The translations under genes were made by a program, and so were the position numbers. A stretch of 64,000 nucleotides of DNA from Vicugna vicugna (taxonomy: Eukaryota), in contig MU061560.1 in assembly GCA_013265495.1 (NCBI GenBank), forward strand, positions 372,001-436,000. The letters are read 5' to 3'. Positions 62,784 to 64,000 of this stretch are shown here, piece after piece. The notes below the pieces were generated by a model that was not told the DNA's origin, made no database searches, and worked only from the letters and a program-made list of their open reading frames with translations. Position 1 is the stretch's first letter. Every line of letters starts with the position of its first letter.

Positions 62784-63045
62784 GGTTTTGGATTTTTAAA
62801 AATGGCAGTATATAGTTGATTTACAATATTATGTTAGTTTCAGGTGTATAGCATAGTGATTAATTTTTTTCTTTCTGTTTATATTCCGTTATAGGTTATT
62901 ACAAAGTAGTGAATATAGTTCCCTGTGCTGTACAGTAAATTCTTGTTGCTTATCTACTTTATATATGATAGTTTATATCTGTCAACCCCATATTCCTAAT
63001 TTGCCCTTCTCTCCCTCCCTCTCCCCTTCAATATCCGTAAGTTTT
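62784..63045 (-). mobile_element. L1 3'UTR fragment, antisense
   Basis: It reads tagttgatttacaatattatgttagtttcaggtgtatagcatagtgatt...aatatagttccctgtgctgtacagta. Confidence 0.85.
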
Positions 63046-64000
63046 GTTTGTTTGTTTGTTTTAACTAGAAATCAGAGTTACAGGAAAGAGAACTATTGTG
63101 AGATATTTTATCTTTTAGCCAAAGTGTGTCTAGGGTTATTTTTGTCCATTAACTTAATTCAGTACCACCACAACCAAAATAATAATGCTTAAAGGTGTTA
63201 TGATCCTCTTAAGGTGGGGTACTGCAGTAATTAGATGACTTTTCTTATCACTTAAAACTGTTACCATTTTGGAACTAGTCTATCCAATGCCACAAGCATA
63301 CATCACAACTATACTATAGTGTGTATAGGAAGTTTCTAGCATCGAATTGCTAGGGTCTTTTGCAAGAAAAGACAGCCTTGCTTGGTCTATCAAATTAATA
63401 TGGAATAAAATGCACTGTTAGAGCATTTGATGAACTTTGTGATGTCTTCTGAGGACCCAGCACTCAAGGGTTGAGTTTTGTGGATATGTGTTTATGTGTG
63501 AGTGTGCTCGGCTATTTCATTAAACATAGCATATTAAGCACTATTAAAAAATGTTACATTGTTACTTGTGCCCAGAACAGCATGTAGCGTATGCAAATAG
63601 AATGCAAATTTCGAGGAAACCAGAGTCCTAGGGTTGAGCGGGACCTTGGGAGAGTGTGTAGTGTTTCCATCTGCCAGCTCTGTTCTCAGGAGCTGGGATG
63701 AATTGTTCTGCTATTGAAATTAAATAACTAAATTATTAATAATTAAATTCAGTAATGACAGGATTGCTTTCCTTTCTGTTAGACAATTAATACGATTTCC
63801 TCATTAAAATTTTTTTTTCACTCAGTTTCTTTTTTAAACCTTTATCATTTCCTGCCATTTGTCTGCTTGGGAGCACTAACTGAATTCAGGGTGAATTCAA
63901 ACACTGTACAAATGAATGCAGATTAACAGAAAAACTCAAACAGCTTATATTTTGTGGCCTTGTTTGCTCGTGGCTGTAACTTTTTTTTATTTCTAATAGG

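Overview
This window is mammalian genomic DNA, most likely from a camelid, because it carries many tRNA-derived SINEs of the Vic type. It spans the 3' end of BICD1 (+ strand: a 76-nt penultimate exon at 4771-4846, the terminal coding exon at 10061-10148 and a ~6.2-kb 3'UTR) and about 15 kb of intergenic DNA. It then covers the CpG-island promoter, first coding exon (32304-32469) and first ~31.5 kb of intron 1 of FGD4 (frabin, long isoform). Gene names come from recalled peptide similarity plus the known BICD1-FGD4 synteny; no database search was run. The rest is mostly interspersed repeats (SINE, MIR, L1, L2, ERV solo LTRs, a near-full-length Tigger1, hAT MITEs) and two processed pseudogenes (UBE2D4-like and RPLP1). 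Almost all ORFs in the supplied track are spurious or repeat-derived. I found no support for a wholly new multi-gene system. The most interesting signals are: a BICD1 exon read in two frames, with a frame-switching tandem acceptor and QKI/RBFOX motifs; a UBE2D4 retrocopy that appears to be a fossil of an exon-3-skipped mRNA; an E-box-dense 31/32-bp minisatellite running into an assembly gap at the FGD4 promoter; and two sense-oriented solo LTRs with promoter motifs in FGD4 intron 1.
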